From: Octopus sinensis
Lineage: Eukaryota
Reading direction: 5' to 3'
Assembly (NCBI RefSeq): GCF_006345805.1
Contig: NC_042997.1
Coordinates: 2,108,001 to 2,172,000, forward strand
DNA length: 64,000 nt
Position 1 is the stretch's first letter. Each line of letters begins with the position of its first letter. Positions 27,050-41,479 of the stretch are shown piece by piece. Position numbers and translations under genes: made by a program. The notes beneath the pieces are model-generated. The model searched no databases. It worked only from the letters and a program-made list of their open reading frames with translations, and was not told the DNA's origin.

Positions 27050-27292
27050 CAAATAGTGCTTATTTTATCGATCCCAAAGGGAATGAAACGGAAAGTCGAT
27101 TTCAGTGAATCGCAAAAGTCAAGACGGACGAAATGCTGCAAAGCATTATGCTCAGCGTGCTAACGATTCTGCCGACTCGCCATCTTAAATGTAGTATAAT
27201 AATATTTGCTTCAAATTTTGGCAGAGTGTCAGCACTCCCGCGGAACGGGCTAAGTCGAATAAATCGACCCCAGTGCACAACTGGTACTTAGA
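27050..27292 (+). repeat. Short interspersed repeat family (ttttatcgacccc..gaaagg..aaagtcgacctcgg..atttgaactcag)
   Basis: Related copies at ~31590-31775, ~39078-39490 (two in tandem), ~54090-54350 and ~55885-56012 (minus). SINE-like; family not named. Confidence 0.75.
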
Positions 27293-27781
27293 TGTGGGAT
27301 ATGTAACGAGTATACGTTATATAAACAGTTGTTTTCCATTACAATTGAGTATGTATTACTGCAAATATTTTCTTAGGAATGAATTTAATTCGGAGGTATA
27401 GTATGGGTTTGCTTTCTGTAATTGAAACATTGATGGGCATTTGTAATGGAGACTAATTGAATGCATTATCGATCTATGCGAAAGTTAACTTTTCAAAGAA
27501 ACATTTCGAAAAATAACATCATATTGTTTTTCCTGCTACTGCTTCGTGTAAAATGTTTTGTATATTGTGTTCTAATTCAATTCCCCACATTTTTAATATC
27601 CTATTTTATTTAAAATCTTTACTTATTCATTTCAGAACAATGTTTGCAAAAGCAGCTCGTTTACTTCCAAATTTTTTCATAAATGTTCGGGAAACAAATG
27701 AAACTAAAGAACTGAAGCAAAGTATGTTTTTATGTATATGCATACACACACACACATATATAGGTATATAATTATATATAC

Positions 27782-27822
<41 letters not shown>

Positions 27823-28446
27823 AAGATGAGGGAAAGAGGGAAAGGGAGAAGATAAGACAGGAAGAGTATTACTTCAATAACATTTTTTGTCCAAGATGAT
27901 TATTGCAATCACTCTGTCAAAACTGAATATTTGTAAATAATATCAGCTTCAACTGTTTCAGCTTCATGACAAATGATGTGCTTCAAAATGTTCATGAAAA
28001 CAGAAAGAAATGACAACTTTTAAGGTAATTTGATTTTATTCAAAACATTTTACTATGTAGTTTACTTTCAAAAAATAATGTGTTAAATTACTAAACATTT
28101 TTGTTCTGTTCCACTGCTGATATCGTACAACTACTTCATAATGAAATTTTGCGCATAGCATTTTTAACTTTGTCTAAATAAATATTTGAACACTTCGTAT
28201 ATTATATTTTCCTGTTCAACATTTTAGCAAATTATTGTTTCAGTATGGAACTCAGTTAAATTGATCTAAATGTATTTTCAAAGAACAATATTTTCCTATA
28301 ATTTATCATCGATACTTTATGTTCCGAAATTAGAAAGATAATTTGAATGTGATCAATTTACATATTAATAACAGTAATATATATTCAAAAGTCTTTATAG
28401 TAGGTAGTCTTCCATTCAATGGAAATTCGAATAAAATAAAATGTAT

Positions 28447-28480
<34 letters not shown>

Positions 28481-30207
28481 CGCGCGCGCGCGTGAGTAAA
28501 TATTGTACAGTGTAGAAAATCTGAAGAGAGATGATAACTTCGCATTAAGCATTCTAGCACACTGTATATCATAGCACACCCTATATCTTATTCTTAATGT
28601 AAGCACTACAAATCTTGTATCATAACTAACAGACTTTAAAATATATATGGCTGGGCACATGGTTATTACGTAATAGGTATTTTCCGAATGTAAAAATAAA
28701 AAAAAAACGAATGGCAATATGACAATGACTCAATCATAATATTTAGCCTTTCTTAAAAAGTATTTTGAACTTTTTGATGTTTTAAAGTTTGGAAAATTTA
28801 AATAACTTTGTGATTCTACTGGTTTAGTATCTGTATTGGGATTTTGGAATGCACAGTCGTTGGATCCAAAATACAGTTATAAAAATGAATTATGCAAATA
28901 ATAAAAACTAGATATACAGGAGACCAACTGATCCGTATAGTTTTGGTAAACCTATTCTATCGCCTAGTCTAATCTTGGTATTGCTTAGAGTTGAAACAAT
29001 GGGGAAAAACAACCGTAAAATCATAGACGGAAATTTGTGCTGCTAAATAATCATAACTTGTGTCAACATAACATAACATTTTTATGAGGCAGATCTCACT
29101 ACTCTCTGGGTGAACAACCTCCATTACAGTACTTTGCACTTTCACAGTTGCTGGTCATCGGAGATGCCGGAAAATACTTAAGATTTACATTCTACGTCGT
29201 GCCAATATTAATACAAAGATCTGGTGCTGTTCGGCAAACAATAATCTCGGCAGCAACTTAATCCATATAAGTGTCTTTGGCAATCTTGCTGAATTGCACG
29301 AGCCACTACCACTAGCTTGTCAAAGGAAAAGCAAGTTCAAATAATTGCACTCTTGTATGTATAAAGCTTAGAATACAAGCAATTCTCGCTGGTTAACAAT
29401 ATGTGTGTGTGTGTGTGTGGAGGAATGGATGAAATGCGAGATAATTATAAATATAGAGGCGTTTTAATATGTTCCTGCCGATACAGTTTCCTTGCTGGGT
29501 TGTAGGATTCTACCCGTTTTCCCAGTAGAATTACACGTGATATGATTAAATGGACTTATTTTCTTTCCCTATATTTCGAATGCTGGTGTGCGTGGATTTA
29601 TGTTTTAGTGTGAATTTCTGTGTGTGTGTGTGTTTGAAAATGTATGATACCAAACATTTTTAACGTGCTTCGTTATTTAACCCATATCATACCCTTTAGT
29701 TGGGCAAGGCACGCTACGTTAACATTCGGATGAAGTAAGCCGATATTTGCTTTCTCTTCTCAGTCGCAAATAGTCTAAGAATTTATCAGCTGCAATGTTT
29801 ATCCTGATTTCTTTTCTTAAATCATATGCATTCCAAAATGATCATCTGAGGGAAATAGCGTACTAATGATGTTGATGAAATGCAGCAGCTGTAAACAATA
29901 TCTAACACGGCTGCGTGCAATGCTTTCTGAAGAGCCTCTTATATTGTTCAGTAGTATCAGGCAGTTTTCTTTCGTGGGCGAAGACCAGTCTCCTAAAACA
30001 CGCCATTACTAGGTGGCCATGAGGCCTTACCAAGCACCTGTAAGAACTTCACCAATTGTAGCTTAATGTATGCAGTAATTCTCCTCTTCCCCAATTCTCT
30101 GCTTGTCCATCTATTGTAGATTTCTATAACTAAATGCCATTGGCACTACGTTAGTAGCCTTTTATTACAGCGTATTAAAATATTCAGTCAACATAATGTT
30201 CAAGATG

Positions 30208-30298
<91 letters not shown>

Positions 30299-30299
30299 A

Positions 30300-30505
30300 A
30301 TGTAACCACATGTGAATGGTTGGCTATTTGTTTCATCCGTCTTCCTTTTCTCCTGGACTTTCTTCTGTCTCTTGTTTCTGAAGAAGAGTTTTTCGCGAAA
30401 CATAAAACCACCTTTCTTTCTATCCTTGAGCGCCTGCTAATACTTTCCATGTACCACGTCCTCGCGTTGTTCTTTTTTTCTTGTGTTTGTTCTTCGTTCT
30501 GGGGG
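30300..30505 (+). repeat. Interspersed repeat with degenerate HHR motif (same family as 56490-56700)
   Basis: TTT-CTGAAGA-A-GAGTTTTTCGC-GAAAC-ATA-AAA at 30375-30407; the flanks align with 56490-56700. Confidence 0.6.
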
Positions 30506-30508
30506 ATT

Positions 30509-30548
<40 letters not shown>

Positions 30549-30589
30549 TATGTATGTATGTATGTATGTATTTCGTAGTCATCAGCACT

Positions 30590-30900
30590 GCTCTTGTCCA
30601 AGTTCGGTTCATCAGATGCCTCCATAAGGCTTAAGTCTTACATGGCTCTCACAATCAGGTCAGGGGTGGAAAAATCTCGGGCATTGATCGCATGGCAAGA
30701 CTAGTGGCGTTCTTGGATTTGCTGCGCCCTGCGTTGCTTTTCTTTTGTTTCTTTTTCACATTTCTCGTTTCGTTGAACGGCCGGGGCCTTCTGTTTCTTG
30801 GTTGTTAAGGCTGATGCCAGTTTGAAGGAGAGAAAACTTCAGTTGGTCTTTGAATCTGCGTTTTGGGGTTCCGCGATGTCGCTTTTTATTAGAAAACTCA
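30590..30900 (-). mobile_element. RTE-clade LINE extreme 3' fragment
   Basis: Minus-strand KRHRGTPKRRFKDQLKFSL (cf. GKR..G..KKRYKD.LK) followed by a decayed C..C...C....H-like segment. Confidence 0.65.
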
Positions 30901-32314
30901 GTTTAAGGCATTCATGCGTATAAATTCATATACATATACAGAATGTAACATGTAAATTGGGACCATTTAAATATTTTTATTATAATTAGTATAATTTGGA
31001 AAAATCAAATATTACAAATTTTATGCTGATGCCGATTTATTGTGGAGTGTTTAACCTTTATTTAAGTTCTCTGTGAACACCATGTGCTTTCTTTACCAGT
31101 TCAATCTGGTTACGAAATGATGCGCATGCCTTAACTATTTCTTCATTTTCCATTTTATCGAAAATATGATAAAATATTTGTCCCGATCCCAAATTGACTG
31201 ATAATTCGATAAAACTTTCAACAAATGAGAACTTATTGCCATTCTAAATCTGAATGTTACAATCAAGCTGAAATGTATTATATAAACGTTTCAATGGCAA
31301 TGTCAAACGTTCTCTCGTGTGTTTTGTAAGATTCTGACATAAACATTTTCATAAGGGAAATAGAATGAAGGAATATATCTAAATAAGTGCAAATGAATAT
31401 TATTTGATTTAACATCACGCCAGTGTTGTAAAAACGAAGTAAAATTATAGCGCTTATGTTTTACACAGTATTTAGTGTATAGTGTAAAGTGTATCTCTGG
31501 ATTATATTGCACAACGGAATCAAAAGATTGTTGCGTATAATCATATTCACAAGGAAGTAATACCTATTTCAAATTTATGCGCTAGGACAATAATTTTCGG
31601 AAGGGGCTAAGTTGATGACATCGGCTCCAGCGCTCAACTGGTGCTTATTTTATCGACTCTGAAAGGATGAAAGGTAATGTGAACATCGACGGAATTTGAA
31701 CTCAGAATGCAAAAACAAATGGGGCTAAGCATTTTGTCCGACATGTTAACAGTTCTGCAAGTTTGCCGCCTTATACTAAAGTAATATTGAAAGTGCCTAT
31801 GTTACAACCAGTATCATACGCATTATTAAATACTATCAAGTTAAATTTCAAAATGCTGTTTGAGTGTACTGAAAGTGTACACTTGCAACTAATATTTAAA
31901 CTAATGTTATATAGTATATAATATACCGCTGCAATATTGAGCTAATACTGTACTAAACACCATCTGTTCTTGTTGTTTTCCTTTAAAATCTTAATATAAA
32001 AAACGACATTTTTGCTAGTGTTTTCGTTCTCCAGGCCTTAAAAATAAGCTTCCAATGATAAATTATTTGTTTGTCCTAGTCAAAATAATTTGCGATAGAA
32101 TAGTTGACATTTTGAAATGCAATATGCTTTTCTTAATGCATAACCAAGCTGCTTGAAAGAAATACAAATGCTGAGTTTATTCCATTCAGATAAAAATACA
32201 TCTAGTATTTCATATTAGTGGATTCAACTTAACCATGCGTAATCCAATTTGTCATTCATGGTACAAGATATACTTACAGTAATGCAACATGCATTGCAAA
32301 CAGATAGCAGTGTA

Positions 32315-32603
32315 ATAATCGCTTAGTAATTAGGGAATTTAGCTCACGATTGTAAGGTCGTGAGTTCAATTCCCGGTGACGCGTTGTGTCTTTGAGCTAG
32401 AAACTTCATTTCATGTTGCTCCATGCCACTCAGCTGGCAAAAATGAGTTGGATCTGTATTTCAAAGGGCCGGCCTTGTCACACACTGTGTCACGCTGAAT
32501 CTCCCTGATAACTACGTTAGGGGTACAATTTAATTGCAAGAGCAAGCTGTTCCGTTGATCGTTTCAGATGGGACCCTCGTCGTCATAACCAACGGAGTCC
32601 TCC
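32315..32603 (+). mobile_element. Second tRNA-derived SINE family
   Basis: tRNA-like head with B box gagttcaattccc, then ttgtgtctttgagc...gttgctcca..ccactcagctg core-like segment and unique tail. Confidence 0.75.
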
Positions 32604-33100
32604 TATAGACATACGTATTTTATTCGAGAAGAAATGCTATGTCCCGCAGAAAAAAGAACCCAATATATTCTTCAGTATTTTTAGAAAATGGAGAATAATT
32701 ATATTTTGAAGCATTTTATTTGCTCACCAAAGCTCAAAATGTTATCTATATTCGTGAGTGTGCTCTCAGTTTAGTCAAAGAATGTTTCATAAATATTAAA
32801 TGAAACATACTACGATGTTTCCGAATGTACATGGGGAAATACTTTAAAAGAGCTATCGATATACGACAGAATTAAGTGTCGTATATGTCACCATACACAA
32901 GACTACAAACCAATGAAAGGTAGATCGTTCTACACATACATTCAATTATTCAGTTACTTTTCATGCATCATTCTGTAACTGTGTTGATATGGTCTATGCA
33001 TTCCTGAGAAAGTGTAATGCGACCCAATATATGTGATTGCCAAAATTGCCAAAATCCTATCCCTTTCTATTGCATTATTCACATTCTAATCTTATGTCAG

Positions 33101-33139
33101 CTACTTAGAAGTTCATTGTGCTGCAATATTCCACCGCAA
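33101..33139 (+). other. Candidate 39-nt micro-exon (unverified)
   Basis: ctaat branch-like motif, tcttatgtcag acceptor, gtaagt donor; two open frames (LLRSSLCCNIPPQ / YLEVHCAAIFHR). Confidence 0.2.
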
Positions 33140-34410
33140 GTAAGTACCATAACTGGATAGTAAACATGATCATTTCTCCTCAAGTGTAGCTTCTTGGCTT
33201 TATATCAAGTACGGTATCAATGTGATTAACGGTTTTATTTTTCGTAAATATTTTAAGATATCACACTGTTAGCATTCACTATATATATTAAATATAAATA
33301 CATATTCTTTAATTTATTATGGTTTTGATTCATAAATTTAGACCCATATGAATAGAAGTATTCATTAGTTTAATTATCAATAAATTATCCATTCTGTTCG
33401 TGAATAAGGAATATAAAAACGATATTCAAATTATTTCAAATACATTGATTCTACAGCAATTTGATGCGAGGCATGTAATGCCAGTATGCTCAAAGTTAAT
33501 TAACAATAATGGATGATTGTGTTCGTAATAACCAAGTAACATATCTTTCTTTCTTTGTCTCTCTACATACACTCGCTCACAAGCACTCACACACGCTCAC
33601 ACGCACTCGCAAATCATAAGAAATGAGGCACGTATCATCGCCGCTAAAGTGCTCCCCACACATTTAAGTATTGTATAATATACACCGGGATATAGTTGTA
33701 TTGTAACATAATGAAACTCTGCACCACATCATTCAATAAGCATTAAATATAATACTATTTTTCGTTTTAGTATATCTGATTTACTTTTACATTTTGTTCT
33801 ATTACATTCCTATAATTCAGTAGGTCTTAGAATTATGGGAACGGAATTAAACGAATATAAAGTCAGTAAAGTATAGAAAATACAGAAAAAAAATAATAAT
33901 CACGTACGCGTTTACAATAATTTAGCCGGATAACATCAAGAATCGCGTCTGGACGAGAGATGCAGAAATGAAATTATATGTATGCAATAGGCAGTAAGTT
34001 AGTAGATAAAAATGCAGTGAGTAGATAGGGTGTTTCTGAAAGTTAAAGGTGATATAGTATAGGTAATACAATAAATCAAATATAAATTGATCCATTTTGA
34101 GAAGACCCAGCTTAATTCAATTGGGTCAAACATTTAATGCCTTTAAAATGTTCTGATGAAAACTTTTATTCATTATGTTACAACTATATGTGTATATATG
34201 TATATATATATATATATATATGTATATGTGTACAGCGCTTATGCCTCGGCGTCGATGATGTACAATAGATTATGAAACTGATCTAAGCATACTTAATAAA
34301 TGTTTTTATCTATTATGTCCCTGAGTCTGATTAACTGAAATATTCTATGCACCATGAATTCAACTACTCTGTAAGTATTTGAATCATTAATTCCATTTAC
34401 ATATATATAA

Positions 34411-34454
<44 letters not shown>

Positions 34455-35239
34455 GTGCGTGCGTGTTTGTGTATTGTAGCAAAAAGGGAGGAGGAGAATT
34501 TCGATTATCCCCACGGGGTGATCAGGAATGCAATATATAGATATCTATAAACCAGTCCTTGGACAAAAGTCGTATGCACATTTTGCTTTGACGGTTAATG
34601 GCGGCCAAACCGAGGCTAGGATCGAGCTGAAGATTGGCCGGGATACTAAATGTGTGGAGCGGATGAGACCCACGATGGTTAAAATTCGCAGGCTCTAAAG
34701 ATGTGTTTGCTAAGGCAAAAAGAGTGATTTTTATCGTTTCAAGTCGACCCTGAGCCCCTCTAGTTTTGTGCGATTAGCTTTTAATGCCCAGCGGCATGCA
34801 TTGCAGGCTGTTGTGCTTAATAAACATACAATTTGTCGCGGAATATATTTAAAAAATGAAAATGCACAGAGTTTACATAATTTTAATATATTCTTAAAGA
34901 AACGTTATAAGTGAAAGAATATTGGGTTTGTCGACCGGTTTCGCTTTCGCTAATCATGATGTTGAAATCATTGTAATTTCGTATTTTCTTCAGAAGATTT
35001 TATTCCATGCTTTGAGTAGAGATGTTTATGAATGAATCAATCAATAAGTATAAAAATCTAAGGAGATGTAATTGGTGATCGTTATTAATGGGATAGGCAT
35101 TTGGTCACTCTTCGTGGAGGGCATAAATATATATACGAAAACTTGTATAGAAGGTGTTTATTTGCACTGGTAGTTAGGGAAATCTGTGAAGTTTGGTTGA
35201 ATATTACCTGCAAATCTCTATATGTGTTAACTCAAAGCT

Positions 35240-35860
35240 GAGAACCGGATCTTTTCCTTATGTAGTGTGGTTCTCAGCCCTAAGTGTCTTACTTGTTTGT
35301 CCTATATAGTTTTGTCCACAAGCTGAAAAGACTGTAACATAAATAGTATTCTCAGAAATGCAAGTCAAGTTGGTTTTAATTGTGAACCTCTTTCCTTCTT
35401 TGAATAGGAATTCCGTTTGGGGCATGTTCCACATTTTAGACGTCCATATTTTTAAACACTGATTACTTAGTTGACGTGTAAATCTTTGCATTTGTTAGAA
35501 GTCTTTTTCAGCGAATGGTGTTGCTTTTTGTATTTGATGAATTTATGTGTTTTCAGAATGTTGTTCCTTTTTAAATCCCAAGTCAGCATAGGTAGATTTT
35601 GAACAATAGTGTTATATGCCTCATTGTTTCTAGGGTTGTGACTTGATATATAGGGCAGTGTTTTGAGATGAGGTGAGGTGTTACGTTTTATTACCCTTAG
35701 TGTCTTAATGCCTAATTTCTTAGCACGCTTATTTCCATCGTCTGTAAGTAAGGATGGATATTATCTTTTAGTTAGTTCTATTCTGAGAGGTCTTGAAGAC
35801 AAATGTCCCGAGTATTTCCAACGGGCACTATTGTGAACATCCTTTTACCAAATTAGAGGA
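35240..35860 (-). mobile_element. Penelope-like element, GIY-YIG endonuclease remnant
   Basis: ORF 35258-35491: FTIKTNLTCISENTIYVTVFSACGQNYIGQTSKTLR matches the PLE GIY-YIG pattern. Confidence 0.85.
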
Positions 35861-38800
35861 GATATTTCTTTTGATGTGTTTCGACTGGCATCAGCTAAAC
35901 AGAAGATATTGCCTCTAGTTTGTACGTATAGAGACAAGAGCAAGCCGGTTAATAATACATTAGACGGTACGGTATAATGCGTACATAGTGTCACCCGTAC
36001 ATTTAAATATTTTCGAAATTAGCGTTTATAGGTGCTGTACTTGAGCCTTGACAGGAGAAATTAACTTTAGTGTCGTATATGAGGCGAACTTACCCGCTAG
36101 TTTTATATATAATAAGTTATATATATTTTCTTACTATTCTCTATAATTCCTTTTTATTGTGTTTTCTTCTTTTGATATCTTTACCTGTTAACCTCTTATC
36201 ACTTATAAGTAATCAATGTTCTTAAAGAGAAATATATACTTTCTAGTTACTTATGTCTAGTAGATTTGATTATAACATACCCATACCAAAGTACAAATAT
36301 TTGCGTATATTTGCATATGTACACAGTTAAATATGTGTATTTATCTGTGCACAACTTATTTTTCTGATTTATTTCTGATTCCTGGTGTATTAGTAATATA
36401 AATATAGCATGATTTATCGGCCCAATATTCCATAAGTAAATATCCAAAGCAATCTTCATAGAAGCCACCTTACAAGTAAATAATTAAGTACTGGTATGAA
36501 TATTAAATGATTTCTATGTAATCTTCCCTTTCTAATGTTGAAAATTGGTATATATACACAGTACATCAATTGTGTTTATAATATCATTTTTAGTAATATT
36601 TTTCATGAATTCTATCTTCATAAAACAGAATAATATTGTTTATACACAATCATTCATTGTACCCCATGATAATTTCCTCTGTATGAACATCATAGATTTT
36701 ATTAGCAGTTCGGCCCGTTACACGGTATTTAACATCTTGATTTAGGGTCGTCATCTATCCAGCCTCATTTATAGACCCTCATAAATTTTCTAAATCCTGA
36801 CAATATTTATGATTATGCCAAACTATAAAATGCCAACTCACTTTGTCTATCCGTTCTAAACAGACACTGTCACCTAGTCTTAGATTTGGCAGTTGATACC
36901 AAAAGACTAATAAATTAAAAGTGAACCACAATCATTTACAAACTATGAACCTAACAAACTTCATACCGCACCTAGAAGGGTAGTATATTCTGAGTCACAT
37001 TAGTAGCAACATGAACGTTCTCCCTCTTCTTACTCTATTAGAGAATTTAAGTAAAATTATATTAATGTGTCCAACGGATTAAAAACTTCTATTCATTTAT
37101 GCCACTGAGGATAGCCTTGCATTGAAATTGGTGTATGATTGCATTGTTCAATCAACTGGACCCACTAGAAATGATCGTACTGTATCACCTCTTGATATGA
37201 TGTTGCTTATTGTGATTATATATATATATATGAACTCATTTTAAATTATAACGTCGTGTTTGTCTTCTCTTTCATTGATATGAAGTAAAACATTGAAATA
37301 CTAATTTTTTCATTTCCGTAAAGATATGTTTAAGAAACCAAATTTTCATGTATGTTATGTCAAACATTGACCACAGATAAATATAATCGCTGTCCAATTG
37401 GAATAAAGAGGCGAAACAAATATCTGAAGTGGATATAAACTGAAAGAAAATAATAATGAAATAACATCTGCACCATATGCGATACTACAACTAATATACT
37501 ACACAACAATAAGATAAACGGCCTGTAACACATTTATGAATAAAAATATTTTCCTATCTAGTCCAAACGCACAAATTATTCTTTGTTGCAATACGATTTT
37601 TCATTTAATTGAAAAACCTTTGTCATTATATTATATTTAAAGGAATATTCATTGTTAAAATTAACTACTTCAACCTCAATACGATGTTCACGAGTGCTAC
37701 ATTCTTGTTTCTTAAGAATTCAGTTTTTAATCAAAAATAATATTATAATGGCAATAGTAACAATGAAGGAGAACTGCTTTTCTAATTACGATGAGGTACA
37801 ATACGCCTCAAAAATTCTAATGAAAATGGTTGGAATGTTTAATTGCATGAATACAATGAATTGCATCAACGAAGAGTGGGTTGTTTCTAATTCTGGCTTT
37901 CTACACACACAAATATCCGTCACTCACTTCATACACTATTGTATACAAGCAGATTATATTAATTATGCTGAGTTTGCGTTGGGAATTAGGTATGCATTTT
38001 TATTTTCATTATGCTTTGGATTATTTTCTTATGTTAATTATGAAAATATTTTAATCCTCACTAAATTTATGCCAAGCGAAAATAGTTTACATTCATGAAG
38101 AGATGCAATTAATTTACTTTTACTCTCCATTCATACAGGTGACTTAAAATAGCTTTCACTGAATGATGGCGTAATGCATTTATAATTTTTACTGTAAATT
38201 TAAAAGAAATTGCATTATATTTGATATATTCATCAACACCTAAAATTGATCGGAACAGGAATACACTCAAACACATAAAACACACTAGCACATACACATA
38301 CACGTTTAGTACACTTCCAAACACACACTCGTACATATGAAAAACATATTCACGAAATATACATACACAAGCACACTTGCACGTATAATGTTTATTTCTG
38401 TGCATTTTCGCATGTAAGGAGTTCAATAGTACAGCATTCTTCACATGTTTGTTGCAGCTGGTTTATTACGTGTGTAGACTTGTTAGTAGTTAAGCATGTC
38501 AGGAATGTACCTTCAACGTGACTGCAAGTTAAACGATCTGTGTTTAAGGAAAATCTGCATATTCAAATCTTATAAATACAGTTTCATCGGAACCGTTTAT
38601 ATATATATTCCTAATAGGTATTCGATTACAAGACCTACATATATTAAACACAGCACTTTGGTTTAAACTTGATTTCCGAAACAATTTCCATAACAAAATA
38701 ACATGTCTCTAAATTTATACTGTACATTGTCGTAATATGCATGATAAACAAATGTCGTATATGTTAAACGTCAGGCAAAGAATGGCGTGTATATGAGGAG

Positions 38801-38997
38801 TAAACTTCCTCAATGCTGAATCAAAGTTTGAATCACAAAACAATACCTGGTTTTTACATCGACCTTAAAAGGCACACGCATACTAATAGATTAATGGTTA
38901 CAATTTCACAGCAGAGTAGAGAATGAATATCAAGCAATACATTTGACGTTGACGTAGAGTTACACAAAATAAGTAATTTGCTCATCACAATTAAATG

Positions 38998-39034
38998 TGG
39001 TGTATACTACTACTACTACTACTACTACTACTAT

Positions 39035-39077
<43 letters not shown>
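38998..39077. repeat. (TAC)n trinucleotide repeat
   Basis: Directly visible. Confidence 0.95.
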
Positions 39078-39523
39078 GTAGGAATAAGGCCTGAAATTTG
39101 CGGAGAAGGACAAGTCGATAACATCGACCTCAGTATGTAACTAGTAGATATTCGATCGACACAGGGATCTGAAAGGCAAACTCGAAGTGGGCGGTATATA
39201 AACTCAGAACATAAGAAAGGACGAAATGCCTCTGAGCATGTCGTTCGGTACGGTGAACGTTCTGCTTGTTTGCCACCGTAATAATCATTTCTAGAACAAG
39301 CAAAAGGACTGGAATTTGTGGGAACGGAGATAGTCAATCATATCGACCCCAGTACTTGACTGGTACTTAATTTATCGAACCTGAAATGACGAAAGACAAA
39401 GTCGACCTCGGTGGAGAACGAAAAGCCGGGCGAATGACCGGAAATTATTTTGCTCGGCGTCTTTGCGATTCTCCAGCTCACCGCCTTGCCACAATGATGA
39501 TTATGATGATAAGGATGATGATG

Positions 39524-39562
<39 letters not shown>

Positions 39563-39563
<1 letters not shown>

Positions 39564-41000
39564 CACTTGGGCGGTAGCATCTCCGGTATGAGCGGTAATT
39601 ATAAAATGGCAAAATAGAGAAATGCAGAAAATGGATACCAAGTCCAGAAAAATGTTGACAGTACACGGAAATATCCACCCTAAGAGTGACACCGATAGGC
39701 TGTACTTGTCCAGAATGAAACGCGGGAAAGTATTGATCAGTTACCAGGACTGTATCGAAGCAGAGGAAAAAATTCTAAGTTTGTATAAAAAAAATGCCGT
39801 GGAGCCACTGCTGAAACACGCAAATAAATGAAACCTTACCAACATAAAAAAAAAGAGAAAGAATGGATGGAAAAGAAAATGTATGGTCAGTTCGCAAGAG
39901 ATGTGAACGCCAAGGCAGATGCAGTGGACGGGCTACTACAGATGAGGAGGATTGACCTAAAGATAGAAGCAGAAGCAATCAAATGCTCAGCTCAGGAACA
40001 AGCGTTAAGAGATCATGCACGTTGTGAAAATGGCCTAAACATGATAAGTTGGAACTTGAATAATCGGATGAAGAGAATAACCTGCAACGAATTTTAAATG
40101 AAAGATTGCGATCTGAAGAAACCACAGCGACGTCTGAAAAAACATGGAATATAAAATAAACCTGACGAAGATAACCTGGAAAGTTGTACAGAAACTGTAT
40201 AAGAAGAGCAAACATTTACTGAAGAACACAGATAATATTCATGGAAATGAAGTTGAAAACTCTGAGTGATGTTGCTTGCAGTTGTAAGGCATACAATTTT
40301 GAATGGTGGAGAAGCAATTAACAGACTCTCAAATACAGATGCAAATAAAATTACTAAAAAAAAGTTATATTTGGCAATTAAGAAAGAAAAGAAATCGTAC
40401 AAGAATTAAAACGTGATCATACTGAGGTAAATGAAGATATTTTGGCCGCTTGTAAGGCAATTTAAAGAAGTTGTGTGCCTTCGAAAAAGCAAAAATATAG
40501 CAAAGCTGAGTAGAATTCTAAATTGGAGGAATAAAATTGAAAACGTAATTGAAATAAAGAGAGAAGAAATATCAATATTACATTAACTAACCCGAAGAAA
40601 TGATGTAAGATTCAGAAAAGGGAGTAAGATGAAGACGAAATATGGAGGTTCAACAAAAGATGAGGTGGTATCCACAAAAGAAATACCGAAAAACAAAGTC
40701 CAAGCAAAAGCTAAAAAAATACGAAGATTTTCAGAAGATAATTTTTACAAGCAAAATAAGGTGTTCACATTAATCTCTACCAAGACATAGTGAAGGAGAA
40801 TATCACAATTGTAAGCCCCAAACTCCCATTGAAGAAACTGAAAACTTTGGGAAATATTTGAAGTGATGGGAAGACATAAAATGAAAATGCATGCTGGAGT
40901 AGACACACAGTAAACGACTGCGAAAATTTACAACATCTAAGGGAAAAATTCTCAAGAGAAGACAGAACTATACTCACGATAGCTCATAAGTGAAAATTCA
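39563..41000 (+). mobile_element. R4/Dong-like LINE fragments (post-RT segment followed by pre-RT segment)
   Basis: MDTKSRKMLTVHGNIHPKSDTDRLY and WMEKKMYGQF...SAQEQALR at 39620-40010; then pre-RT-like KVQAKAKKIRRF...YKQNK.F near 40690-40770. Starts right after (ATA)n. Confidence 0.8.
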
Positions 41001-41271
41001 CTCGGTAAATATGGGGCGCCAAATTCCATCCATTCATCGTTCCTGCGCACACGCAAAATGCTAGTTCAGCTATTCAAAAGCATCTCCCATCTACGACAAG
41101 AGTATGTTCAACACAATGGGCTCATTGTCGCACAACATTCTGGGTCACTGGTGTTTCAACCGTCGCTTTTAGGCAAAAAGTTCCAGCTGTTTCTGACTGA
41201 TGCGAGAGAATATGTCGGCACCATAAACGCACGCACACACACACACACAGAGACACACACACACACACACA

Positions 41272-41311
<40 letters not shown>

Positions 41312-41479
41312 GTGGTAGTCAACCCTATCTTCACTAGCGGATTAGAGTTTTAAGGAAAATCGAAATTACTGAAGCGTAGAAAAATTCCAGTTTCAAAACA
41401 ACAGAACCATTGTGTGCATTTAATGAATTTTAAGGGGTGGTATCGTAATAATCCTAGCAAATTCATGATAAATTAAAAA

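Noticed and set aside
28448-28493. (TG)n-(CG)n tract with Z-DNA potential
   Set aside because: Short and an ordinary microsatellite variant.
29910-30130. Possible gypsy integrase zinc-binding relic on the minus strand
   Set aside because: Similarity too weak to support.
34553-34860. cagtccttggacaaaagt, resembling a Tc1 TIR, followed by GC-richer sequence
   Set aside because: No matching second TIR or transposase motif found.
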